From an uncultured Methanoregula sp. (lineage in GTDB: Archaea; Halobacteriota; Methanomicrobia; Methanomicrobiales; Methanospirillaceae): a stretch of DNA of 64,000 nt. Position 1 is the stretch's first letter. Every line of letters begins with the position of its first letter. Of this stretch, positions 55,514 through 64,000 are shown piece by piece. Position numbers and translations under genes: made by a program. Under the pieces are notes generated by a model, which was not told the DNA's origin, searched no databases, and saw nothing but the letters and a program-made list of their open reading frames with translations. Location: positions 3,386 to 67,385 of the forward strand of contig CAYPEQ010000007.1 in the NCBI GenBank assembly GCA_964409915.1, in the 5' to 3' direction.

Positions 55514-56107
55514 ATGGAAACTGAAACCAACCTTATCAAGGAAACAATAAGGATCGCTGATACGACTGCCAACCCGGCTCCGCTGGGATTACTGGCATTC
55601 GGCATGACGACGATTCTTTTGAACCTGCATAATGCCGGGTTCTTTGCAATGGGATCTGCGATCTTTGCAATGGGAATATTCTTCGGCGGGATTGCGCAGA
55701 TCATTGCAGGTATTATGGAATGGAAAAAGAACAACACGTTTGGCTCGACCGCGTTTGTCTCGTACGGTTTTTTCTGGATCTCGCTTGTAGGCCTGATCCT
55801 CATGCCGGTATTCGGATGGAGCGGTCCGATCCAGATGCAAGCACTTGTATCATTCCTTACACTCTGGGGATTATTCTCGTTTGTGATGTTCATCATCACA
55901 TTACGGTTGTCAAGAGCGCTCCAAGTGGTTTTTGGATCCCTGACGCTGCTGTTTCTGCTCCTGATTGTGGGAAACGCTGTTGGTAACGATACCATCCTCG
56001 AGATCGCCGGGATCGTGGGTATTATCTGCGGGCTCTCAGCGATGTATACCGGCCTTGGTCAGGTAATGAATGAAGTGTATAAAGAACAGGTAATCAGACT
56101 TGGGTGA
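55514..56107 (+). CDS. satP: GPR1/FUN34/YaaH-family acetate (succinate-acetate) channel
   Basis: [49 protein letters not shown] and SYGFFW are colinear with E. coli SatP/YaaH. GGAGAGGT sits 5 nt before the ATG. Confidence 0.9.
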   Translation: METETNLIKETIRIADTTANPAPLGLLAFGMTTILLNLHNAGFFAMGSAIFAMGIFFGGIAQIIAGIMEWKKNNTFGSTAFVSYGFFWISLVGLILMPVFGWSGPIQMQALVSFLTLWGLFSFVMFIITLRLSRALQVVFGSLTLLFLLLIVGNAVGNDTILEIAGIVGIICGLSAMYTGLGQVMNEVYKEQVIRLG

Positions 56108-57591
56108 ACAAAATGGTTGAATTAAAAGAATACGAATTGATGTTTGAGTACAATCCATTGGCTCAGGCGATTATAGACAAGGACTTGAAATTCCTGAAAG
56201 TAAATTCGGGATTTGTAAAGCTTTTCGGGTACTCAGCAGACCGGCTGCTCGCAATAAAGATCACGGATCTCCGAGCTCAAGGTATGTTAAAATATCTCAA
56301 AGACACAGGCAAGTCGTATATTGACGCGATTAACCTAAAGAAAAGAACGTTTGGGGAATCAACCATTGAAGCACCGACTGGCATCCATGTGGTCCAGCGG
56401 GCTAATATCCCGGTACTTAATGAAAAAGGTGAGGTAACTTCCGTTTATGTTACGTACCACGACATCACAAAAATCGTGAAATCACGGGAATTCATGGAAA
56501 AGGAAGTCGGAGAGCTCAGCAAGGTCTACAGCAAGATGGCCGAAGGCGATCTCACCGTCCGGTACGATCTTACCAAGCCGGATGAAGATACCCAGGAGAC
56601 CTATGAACAACTCGTCAAGCTCCGGGACGCGGTCCGCGGGATCGTCATCAATCTTGAAAACAATATTCATGACGTCAACAAAAAGATGCAGAACCTGACC
56701 TCAACAGCGGACGAAGCAACCCGCAGTGTTGACGAAGGGTCCAAAGGAGTCCAGCAGATCGCTCAAAACGCAGGTAAAGTCAGCAGCAATGCGGAAAAGG
56801 CGTCACAGGGAGTCGACCAGATTGCAAAAGCCATGCAAGACATGAGCGCGGCAGTCGAAGAGATCACCTCAAGCATGGAATCAGTCTCGACGCTTTCCAA
56901 ACAGGCTAACGAACTCTCCCAGTCCGGTGCGGCTCTAGCAGGTAATGCCGAAAAGAGTATGGCCGAGATCTCCACGTCCTCCGCAAAAGTCCATGAGATC
57001 GTCTCAGATGTAGAAAAGCAGATGGGAGAGATCTCAAAGATCGTCGTACTTATCAGGGAGCTGGCCAACCAGACAAACCTCCTGGCACTTAATGCAGCTA
57101 TCGAAGCTGCCCGGGCTGGAGATGCAGGGCGGGGCTTTGCAGTCGTTGCAACGGAAGTAAAATCACTGGCACAGGAGTCACGAAACTCTGCCGAACGTAT
57201 TGAGGAGATGATCACCTCCTTAAAAAAGAGCACGCAAAATGCGTCGGCGGCGATGAACGCTTCGAAACTGATTGTCGAACAGGGTTCAAAAATGGTTACC
57301 GAGACCCTGCAGTCCTTCAACAAGATTGCTGCTGCTGTTGAAAAAGTAGCATCGAGTGCGACTGAGGTGGCAGCAGCTACAGAAGAGCAGGCAGCGACAA
57401 CCGAAGAGATCACTGCAAGTGTTTCCGAAGTTGCAAGTCTTGTGGAACAGACCGCAAAAGAAGCCAGTGATGCGGCTGCAGCGACAGAAGAATCATCAGC
57501 TGCACTGGACGAGATCAGCCGTATGGTGGCAACCGTAGATAAAATTGCAGTCGAGGCAATGGAAGCAAACAAAAGATTCAAGGTGGATTAA
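56104..57591 (+). CDS. Soluble methyl-accepting chemotaxis protein (PAS - linker - MCP signalling domain)
   Basis: There are no TM segments. An N-terminal PAS-like block is present. The conserved hairpin tip is [40 protein letters not shown]. The start is GTG 56104 (4-nt overlap with the satP stop) or ATG 56113. Confidence 0.9.
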   Translation: MNKMVELKEYELMFEYNPLAQAIIDKDLKFLKVNSGFVKLFGYSADRLLAIKITDLRAQGMLKYLKDTGKSYIDAINLKKRTFGESTIEAPTGIHVVQRANIPVLNEKGEVTSVYVTYHDITKIVKSREFMEKEVGELSKVYSKMAEGDLTVRYDLTKPDEDTQETYEQLVKLRDAVRGIVINLENNIHDVNKKMQNLTSTADEATRSVDEGSKGVQQIAQNAGKVSSNAEKASQGVDQIAKAMQDMSAAVEEITSSMESVSTLSKQANELSQSGAALAGNAEKSMAEISTSSAKVHEIVSDVEKQMGEISKIVVLIRELANQTNLLALNAAIEAARAGDAGRGFAVVATEVKSLAQESRNSAERIEEMITSLKKSTQNASAAMNASKLIVEQGSKMVTETLQSFNKIAAAVEKVASSATEVAAATEEQAATTEEITASVSEVASLVEQTAKEASDAAAATEESSAALDEISRMVATVDKIAVEAMEANKRFKVD

Positions 57592-57606
57592 ACGGGGCGC
57601 GTTACT

Positions 57607-58146
57607 ATGGCGGCAAAAGCAAGCGAGCCAGAAGAGGCGCAGGCCCAGAACCTGGAAGATACGACAAGAAAACGACAGGGAAACATTCAGATCGTTGAGT
57701 TCGTCCTTGGCAAAGAAAGCTTTGCCATCGATCTGTTCGATGTTAAGGAAGTCGTGGAATACACCACGATCACCAAACTTCCCAATGTGCCGGCATACAT
57801 AAAAGGCATTATCGATCTCCGGGGTGAGATCACGACAATCATCGATCTCAAGCACCGGCTCAACATTACAGACAGCAGCCAGGTCGCGGCCGAATCATCC
57901 CGTATCATCGTACTCGATAACAAGATTACCGGGACCAAACTCGGAATACTTGTCGATGATGTTACCTCGGTTTCAACCTTTGAGGCAAAGCAGGTCGACT
58001 ATACCTCAGCTTCAGTAAGCAAAGAGGAGACGGCGATCATCGGTATCATCAAACGTAAGGTCAAGGTCAAAGACAAGGAGAAAAACGAATTGATCATCTG
58101 GATCGATATCAAGCAACTCCTCGAGGATATTGATACGTCAGCATGA
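57607..58146 (+). CDS. cheW: Chemotaxis coupling protein CheW
   Basis: VEFVLGKESFAIDLFDVKEVVEYTTITKLPNVPAYIKGIIDLRGEITTIIDLK. It starts 15 nt after the MCP stop. Confidence 0.88.
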   Translation: MAAKASEPEEAQAQNLEDTTRKRQGNIQIVEFVLGKESFAIDLFDVKEVVEYTTITKLPNVPAYIKGIIDLRGEITTIIDLKHRLNITDSSQVAAESSRIIVLDNKITGTKLGILVDDVTSVSTFEAKQVDYTSASVSKEETAIIGIIKRKVKVKDKEKNELIIWIDIKQLLEDIDTSA

Positions 58147-58265
58147 GATTTTCTCCCGGGTTTTGAGATCTGATTCGGATACGTCAGAAAAAGTACGTTG
58201 GATGGATGACAGGATATCATCCATTTTACCGTATGGTTATGTTAGGCAGGTGGAGGATTGTATTC

Positions 58266-58661
58266 ATGATTTCAGTACTCTATGTAGATGACTGTTCGTC
58301 ATTACTCTACTGTATCTGCCGTTTTCTGGAGTCAAAAGGGGATATGGAGGTTGAAACAGCACTTTCAACCAAAGATGCATCACGGATACTGGACTATATT
58401 TCCTTTGATGTCATTGTGACTGATTACAACACCGAGGAATCCTCTGGTATAGGTCTCCTTCAACAAGCCCGGCAGAAAGGCATTATGACGCCATTTATAT
58501 TCTTTACCCTGGAGAAAAACGGTGTTATGGAACTGGAAGCCGCACAGTATGGTCGGGTAGCTTTTGTGCCAAAAATACTCAAATTCGGTTCCAGCTGTGA
58601 TGGGCTTGAAAAAGCCATCCGGACTATATTCCAGAAATCCCATGCGGGGAATCTGCATTAA
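58266..58661 (+). CDS. Single-domain response regulator (receiver)
   Basis: ATG 58266 gives MISVLYVDD..FDVIVTDYN..IFFTLE..FVPK, so the acceptor Asp, Thr and Lys positions are present. It is not obviously CheY-type. Confidence 0.7.
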   Translation: MISVLYVDDCSSLLYCICRFLESKGDMEVETALSTKDASRILDYISFDVIVTDYNTEESSGIGLLQQARQKGIMTPFIFFTLEKNGVMELEAAQYGRVAFVPKILKFGSSCDGLEKAIRTIFQKSHAGNLH

Positions 58662-58884
58662 CAAAAGGATCAGATTCTCACTTGAATATAAGGCAGGACC
58701 AAAGGATTTGTCAGGTTCTTCGTTTCTGATTTTCTTGATTTCCTACCGTAACAGAAACCCCTATGTACCAGTGATAGCGTAATACTACGCTGATATCCTT
58801 CCAAACCCATTGAGAAACCTGGTGCAGTCTTGATAGTTCCTCTGAGTTTTTCTCTTCTGAACCAGGTATTTTCAGGTGAATACC

Positions 58885-60696
58885 ATGGAACCAACACCTC
58901 AAAACAACGCTCCCGACCCTGAAGTCCCGGCCCATGATCCTCATTACAAATGGGTTGCCCTTTCAAACACCACAATCGCCATGTTCATGGCCGCGGTTAA
59001 TGGAAGTATCCTCCTTATTTCGCTTCCCGCCATCTTCAACGGGATCCATATCAATCCCCTCACCTCGTTCCAGTACCTGCTCTGGATCCTGATGGGATAC
59101 GGGATCGTTACGGCAACACTTCTTCTCAGTTTCGGACGGCTCTCAGATATGTACGGCCGGGTCCGGCTATACAACATCGGATTTGCAATCTTTACTATCG
59201 GTTCCATTCTTCTCTTCCTGACACCTAATACCGGAGATGCCGGGGCAGTCGAACTCATCATCTTCCGGCTTGTCCAGGCTGTTGGCGCCGCATTTATCTT
59301 CTCCAACAGTGCCGCAATCCTCACCGATGCATTTCCGCCCGATGAACGGGGAAAAGCCCTCGGTCTCAACCAAGTGGCAGCCCTCGCAGGTCAGTTCATT
59401 GGCCTGATTATCGGTGGTATCCTTGCGGTCTTTAACTGGCGGTATGTCTTTTTGATCACGGTTCCGTTCGGCATGATCGGGACAATCTGGGCGTTTTTAA
59501 AACTCAAAGAACCGGTCTACCAGAAGCGATCCCAGAAAATTGATGTTTGGGGGAACCTTTCCTTTATTGGCGGCCTGACCCTCTTTCTCGTTGGCATCAT
59601 TTACGCCCTTATCCCGTACGGCAGCTCACCCATGGGTTGGGGTGACCCGTTCGTGATTGCTGCACTCCTTGCCGGCATTATTCTTCTTGTAGCTTTCCCC
59701 ATAATCGAGACAAAAGTAGAAGATCCAATGTTCCATCTGGATCTTTTCAGGATCCGCAACTTTGCCTTCGGAAACGCGGCCGGTTTTCTCTCGGCCCTTG
59801 CCCGTGGCGGCGTAATGATCATTTTGATCATCCTGCTTCAGGGAGTTTGGCTTCCTCTGCATGGCTTCAGTTTCGAATCGACACCGTTCTGGGCCGGAGT
59901 ATACATGCTGCCGCTTACCATCGGCTTTGTGATAATGGGCCCACTTTCCGGTATCATCTCCGACAAGTACGGCGCCCGGTGGATCAGCACATTTGGCATG
60001 ATCCTGGTCGGGATCTCGTTTTTGATTCTCGCGATTCTGCCTTACAATTTCGATTACCTGACTTTTGCGATAGCATTGATGATCATGGGCCTTGGTAACG
60101 GTATGTTCAGCTCCCCCAATGCAGCGGCTATTATGAACTCGGTACCGGCTGATAAACGCGGTGTTTCCTCCGGAATGATGTCGACTCTTATGAATTCCGG
60201 GTTTGTCCTGTCTATGGGAATGTTCTTTACAATTATCGTGTTCGGTCTCACAAAGGCGTTTCCCCCTATGCTCACTGAGGCACTTTCGACGGCTAACGCT
60301 ACACCGCTTATCCCGGCTATGAGCGCGATACCCCCTACAGGAGCACTCTTTGCGGCATTCCTGGGATACAACCCGGTCCAGATGATTCTTACGGGCCTCT
60401 CGCCGTCACTAATTGCCTCTATTGCTCCGACAACTATAACGACCCTTACTGGTGTAGTTTGGTTCCCGACGACGCTCGCACTAGCATTCATGCCTTCGCT
60501 TTCCCTCTCATTCTATATCGGTGCATGTCTTTCCTTTATCGCAGCTCTATTTTGTGCCCTGAGAGGCGACAAGTATGTAGCGGAGATTGATCGCGTTAAC
60601 CTGGAGATAAGTAGCAGCAACGATCCGCAAGAGGCATCAAGCGAAAACGTAAAGGAGGAACCAGCCATACAAAAAGAAGAGGAGGGATTGGCATGA
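58885..60696 (+). CDS. MFS transporter, 14-TM DHA2 (EmrB/QacA-like) type
   Basis: About 14 hydrophobic segments and the motif [13 protein letters not shown] after TM2. AGGTGA sits 5 nt before ATG 58885 (the longest ORF starts at GTG 58876). Confidence 0.85.
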   Translation: MEPTPQNNAPDPEVPAHDPHYKWVALSNTTIAMFMAAVNGSILLISLPAIFNGIHINPLTSFQYLLWILMGYGIVTATLLLSFGRLSDMYGRVRLYNIGFAIFTIGSILLFLTPNTGDAGAVELIIFRLVQAVGAAFIFSNSAAILTDAFPPDERGKALGLNQVAALAGQFIGLIIGGILAVFNWRYVFLITVPFGMIGTIWAFLKLKEPVYQKRSQKIDVWGNLSFIGGLTLFLVGIIYALIPYGSSPMGWGDPFVIAALLAGIILLVAFPIIETKVEDPMFHLDLFRIRNFAFGNAAGFLSALARGGVMIILIILLQGVWLPLHGFSFESTPFWAGVYMLPLTIGFVIMGPLSGIISDKYGARWISTFGMILVGISFLILAILPYNFDYLTFAIALMIMGLGNGMFSSPNAAAIMNSVPADKRGVSSGMMSTLMNSGFVLSMGMFFTIIVFGLTKAFPPMLTEALSTANATPLIPAMSAIPPTGALFAAFLGYNPVQMILTGLSPSLIASIAPTTITTLTGVVWFPTTLALAFMPSLSLSFYIGACLSFIAALFCALRGDKYVAEIDRVNLEISSSNDPQEASSENVKEEPAIQKEEEGLA

Positions 60697-61127
60697 TACC
60701 AGAGTTATTGTTTAGCAGGATTTTGGTCGCGACGGATGGATCTGAAAAGAACCGGGCTGCCCTTGATGAGGGAATAAAAATAGCACATGCAACAGGCGCC
60801 ACCATCTATGTAGCATATGTAATAGATATGGGTACATTCTCATCTATGTCGGCGGAAGTGCCGCTCGGTGATCCGTATCGGGTCTTTAAAGCGGAGGCGG
60901 AGCAGGCGTTTGCCCGGGTAAAATCAAAGGCCGGGGATACAAAAGTTGAAACCGCAATCCTTGAAGGCAGGCCGGCCGCCGAGATCGTGAAGTTTGCCGC
61001 GAAAAATAAGATCGATCTGATCATCATCGGCACACAAGGAAAAAAAGGCCTGGAGCGCCTGCTTCTTGGTAGTGTCGCAGAAGAGATTATCCGGTCTGCG
61101 CCCTGCAGGGTTTTAGTAGTTAAGTAA
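60693..61127 (+). CDS. Universal stress protein (UspA family)
   Basis: [51 protein letters not shown]. The ATG overlaps the MFS stop by 4 nt. GGAGGGAT lies upstream. Confidence 0.88.
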   Translation: MIPELLFSRILVATDGSEKNRAALDEGIKIAHATGATIYVAYVIDMGTFSSMSAEVPLGDPYRVFKAEAEQAFARVKSKAGDTKVETAILEGRPAAEIVKFAAKNKIDLIIIGTQGKKGLERLLLGSVAEEIIRSAPCRVLVVK

Positions 61128-61234
61128 GGGAACTACCTCAATTTGTGTATCCAGATAAAACGAAAAAAAATCAGCACACACAAAACCACAAACGCAATAC
61201 GACAGTACAGCAATAAAAATACGGTGATTAAAAA

Positions 61235-61741
61235 ATGACCTTGCTGGCAGATTTAGTTATAGGGTTGATCCAGCTGATCATTGCCATCATTTTTTCCGTA
61301 ATCGCACTTTATGCAGGATTACTTACCTTCAACCATCTTACCGGAGGTTTTGATGCACCGGGTGAGATTAAACGGGGAAATGTTGCTGTTGGTCTCCTCA
61401 TTGCTTCCATTTATATTGGTATTTCCATCCCGGCATACGCCGGAATTCAGGCAATTCTCGCCGGTTTAGCCAGTATTGCGGCAGAAGGCGTCTTCTCAGT
61501 AGAAAGTGCCCTTAACATAGTATGCATAGTCGTTGAACTGGGACTGAGTATTCTTCTGGCTGTTGCAGCAATCTATGTCGTAATGTATATTATTGCTCAG
61601 GTGAGTTCCTCTATTGACGTGCTTCGTGAAATCAAATACGGCAATACCTCAATGGCACTGGTAGTGGCAAGCATGATCCTGTCAGTGTGTATTGTAGTCC
61701 ATTGGAGTATTGACGGATTATTCAAAGCGGTCTTCTTTTAG
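61235..61741 (+). CDS. DUF350-type membrane protein (two repeats)
   Basis: A four-TM protein with EIKRGNVAVGL and EIKYGNTSMAL loop motifs repeated. GGTGAT sits 6 nt before the ATG. Confidence 0.65.
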   Translation: MTLLADLVIGLIQLIIAIIFSVIALYAGLLTFNHLTGGFDAPGEIKRGNVAVGLLIASIYIGISIPAYAGIQAILAGLASIAAEGVFSVESALNIVCIVVELGLSILLAVAAIYVVMYIIAQVSSSIDVLREIKYGNTSMALVVASMILSVCIVVHWSIDGLFKAVFF

Positions 61742-61890
61742 AAGTATTGAAAACTCCATCTTTATTTCGAGTGAAGGAATTTCCAAAAAAATGAACTGAT
61801 GAAGGATAACCAATCCATTTTTCCAAAAGAAAGGAAAGCAGGGAACACCGATCAGATTGGTATTTATTAATCAGAAAAAAGTACCCAAAA

Positions 61891-63240
61891 CTACCGTGCT
61901 GCGCTTTCCTGAACCCCTCCGGCGTCACTTCCTTCCGGGATACCGACCATATAATAGCGTTTGATAAATTCTCGTACTTTTTCCGATTCTATCCAGCCCA
62001 TATCAAGCTGGGTGACGATCCGATCAATCTCGCGGGCCTGCAGGATAATCTTATCAGTCACATCGCCGGGAGCAAGACTCGAAAGTCCAACGATAACAGC
62101 AAGAGGGTTCCGTATATGATCGCCAAGGATGGCAAACTGCTCGATATTTTTTTCTATCTGTTCAAGTGCCTCTCTCTTTACTGATTCCATCTGCTTACGA
62201 GCAGTGATATCGATAAACGAGGCCATGATACAGACAGGAGTATTCGTTTCATTTTTTACAAGATTAATCCAGAGCAGGACATAAAACGGTGTCTGGTCGG
62301 CTTTGTAAAGAAGGATCTCTCCAAGCCAGCTCCCTTTGCGTTGAAGCGCATCCTTAATCTGTTCGATGCTCTGGTGGGACGCTACAAATTTCCAGAGGTT
62401 TGCACCGTTGAATTCCTGTTCATCGTGGGATCCTGTCATCGACAGAAGGGAGCGATTGACATAGGTGATGGTAAAATCGAGATCCATTATGGCAATCGCA
62501 TTAAGCGATGAGCTGATTGCGTGATCCCGAATGATAAGCGCTTCCTCAGCCTGTTTCCTTGCCGTAATATCGACGATTGTACAGACAAACTGGTCATCCG
62601 GGAGTATACCAGCTGATAGTAAAACCCACCTGAAGGTGCCGGTCTTTGTCATAAAACGGGTTTCAAGGTTTTCCACGCTTCCCTGTGAGGCAAGAGTCTG
62701 GAAGAATTTTTCCCGGTCGGCTTCGTCAATCCAGAATCGGGGAAATGGCTGAGCCGCAACTTCGGCGGGTTCGTAGCCTAAGGTACCAGCGAAACGCTGG
62801 TTAACCTCTTCGATAATCTTATCAGAACCGTTTACAACGCCAATCCCGGCCTCAGAGTGGTCAAACGTTCCCCGGTATTTTAATTCGTTCCTGCGCATGT
62901 GGATGGCAAGACTCGAAACGACAGCTGCAATACCGATAACTACAAAACAGGTGAAAAAGGATGCCGCCACCTGGCCAAGCTCCCCACCTGTAACTGCGGC
63001 AACGAATCCGATATAGATGACTGATACACCGGCTGCATACCATACGCCCCAGCGGGGGTACCAGTACGACGCTATGACAATCGGGATATAGAGGAGGTTT
63101 GTGGCAACGGCAGCGGTGCCATAATGGAACGCGAGAATGTTGATGAGTAGCGCGAGAATGGTGGTACTGACAACAATAAATGGCCAGAGATCGACGAGAT
63201 TTTCTTCACGTTTCCCAGAGAGAGATTCTCGAACGTTCAT
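61891..63240 (-). CDS. Membrane sensor: ~5 TM - PAS - PAS - HisKA-like helix, no ATPase domain
   Basis: The N-terminus is hydrophobic. Two PAS blocks each end in DITARKQ. An H-box-like FAILGDHIRNPLAVIVG follows, and the protein ends about 60 aa later without N/G1/G2 boxes. Confidence 0.7.
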   Translation of the reverse strand: MNVRESLSGKREENLVDLWPFIVVSTTILALLINILAFHYGTAAVATNLLYIPIVIASYWYPRWGVWYAAGVSVIYIGFVAAVTGGELGQVAASFFTCFVVIGIAAVVSSLAIHMRRNELKYRGTFDHSEAGIGVVNGSDKIIEEVNQRFAGTLGYEPAEVAAQPFPRFWIDEADREKFFQTLASQGSVENLETRFMTKTGTFRWVLLSAGILPDDQFVCTIVDITARKQAEEALIIRDHAISSSLNAIAIMDLDFTITYVNRSLLSMTGSHDEQEFNGANLWKFVASHQSIEQIKDALQRKGSWLGEILLYKADQTPFYVLLWINLVKNETNTPVCIMASFIDITARKQMESVKREALEQIEKNIEQFAILGDHIRNPLAVIVGLSSLAPGDVTDKIILQAREIDRIVTQLDMGWIESEKVREFIKRYYMVGIPEGSDAGGVQESAAR

Positions 63241-63515
63241 CAGTTAACACCATTGTTATAACACAAAGGGAGGTATATCCAAGGGATGCCAGGCCCTGTT
63301 TTCTCCGTCTATGTTTCCTTTTTGCACAAATGGATATTAATAATTTTTGGTTATTTTATGATTAAAGACAAATAATGAGAGCACCATTTTGGCGGAGAAT
63401 GCATATTCCATCGTATTTTTGCTTATTCGCAAAAATTATAAGCGATACAGGCTATTGCACCGGTTCAAAGGGCCGGTTATTCATCGTCCATGAAAAGACC
63501 TCATGTCAGGAAAAA

Positions 63516-64000
63516 TTAGCCAAATCCCCATTGGGCAAGGGTTGTATGTGAAGGATCAACATCCTTCCACGACCAGCCAAGAGCCTCGATGATCCGTGAG
63601 ATGGGCTGTTCGATGGTCTTTTCAAGCATAAGTTCCCAGTCTGGTATAAACTCTTTTGGCACCTGATCAGCGTACTCGAAACAGAGCACGTCGGTCTTTG
63701 GGTATTTTTCGGTCACGGTTTTTATGTAGATGCGTTTTGGCTTACTGCCTTTACCAAATTCTGTATGCAGGTACTTATTGGCATACCGGGCTCCCCTTAC
63801 CTGTGCATCATCAGTCTCATAGTCGTCAAGAGACTTACCGATCCCCCCGGGTATACCAATCTCATCAAGGGAGAATTTGCCGGCACGGTACTGTGTAATT
63901 ATATCACCAAGATAGGCTTTGATCTCCTGGTAGTCCACCCCGGCAAGGATCATTTCCATCACTTTTTGCTGGGCTATTTTAGTGATCTGAGGCGTATCAC
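63516..64000 (-). CDS. polB: Family-B DNA polymerase, C-terminal part (5' end outside the window)
   Basis: The frame stays open to the window edge (..DTPQITKIAQQKVMEMILAG..). GIPGGIGKSLDDYE..QVRGARYANKYL..KPKRIYIK resembles the thumb region of archaeal PolB. Confidence 0.7.
   Translation of the reverse strand, partial: DTPQITKIAQQKVMEMILAGVDYQEIKAYLGDIITQYRAGKFSLDEIGIPGGIGKSLDDYETDDAQVRGARYANKYLHTEFGKGSKPKRIYIKTVTEKYPKTDVLCFEYADQVPKEFIPDWELMLEKTIEQPISRIIEALGWSWKDVDPSHTTLAQWGFG

Noticed and set aside
55408-55995. A 195-aa minus-strand ORF overlapping satP.
   Set aside because: The plus frame is colinear with E. coli SatP. The minus ORF is the hydrophobic mirror of a membrane protein gene.
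56763-57581. A 272-aa minus-strand ORF rich in Ala/Ser.
   Set aside because: It is a mirror frame of the Ala/Glu-rich MCP coiled-coil. Low-complexity antisense ORFs are expected there, and the plus frame carries the conserved MCP hairpin tip.
1-64000. A search by eye for tRNA/rRNA genes (GGTTCGAATCC-type T-arms, 16S/23S-like segments), transposases, integrases and toxin-antitoxin pairs.
   Set aside because: None were found. The intergenic regions are short or AT-rich promoter spacers. A covariance-model scan (tRNAscan-SE/Infernal) would be needed to exclude small RNAs formally.

Overview
This is a 64-kb chromosomal segment of an archaeon, most likely a euryarchaeal methanogen of the Methanomicrobia type. 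The clues are an archaeal bifunctional FBP aldolase/phosphatase, an Sm-like protein, form III RuBisCO, a family-B DNA polymerase, a DUF1724/FilR1-type regulator, PAS histidine kinases with RHDILN H-boxes, GGAGGTGAT-like ribosome-binding sites and oligo-T terminators. No methanogenesis gene lies in the window, so the lineage call is an inference. I can support about 58 protein-coding genes on both strands. I saw no rRNA, tRNA, CRISPR array, transposase or integrase. Gene content in order: feoB with a DtxR/FeoA repressor; three fructose-1,6-bisphosphate genes; Sm-like protein; receiver-PAS-PAS-diadenylate cyclase; an MBL-rhodanese and tandem-rhodanese pair; a hybrid kinase, receiver and pentameric ligand-gated ion channel homologue; a UbiA prenyltransferase, FilR1 regulator, methyltransferase and MBL hydrolase; ADP-forming acyl-CoA synthetase; flotillin; several lipobox-type secreted proteins; a small PD-(D/E)xK nuclease beside a decayed-looking ORF; a ~900-aa beta-helix surface protein; uvrA, recQ, uvrC and uvrB; an IPT/PEGA surface protein; MscS; an EncFtn + encapsulin operon; queC; form III RuBisCO; an HTH-PAS kinase; a SatP-MCP-CheW-receiver block; MFS + USP; and the end of polB. 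The items most worth a second look are: (1) the encapsulin nanocompartment operon at 45531-46694; (2) the pLGIC homologue downstream of a two-component pair at 13448-16913; (3) the acetate-channel gene translationally coupled to a soluble chemoreceptor at 55514-58661; (4) the degenerate-receiver-PAS-PAS-DAC protein at 8271-9950; (5) RuBisCO together with a bacterial-type FBPase/aldolase pair. All functional calls come from reading the translated sequences by eye against remembered family motifs. No database search or computation was run.
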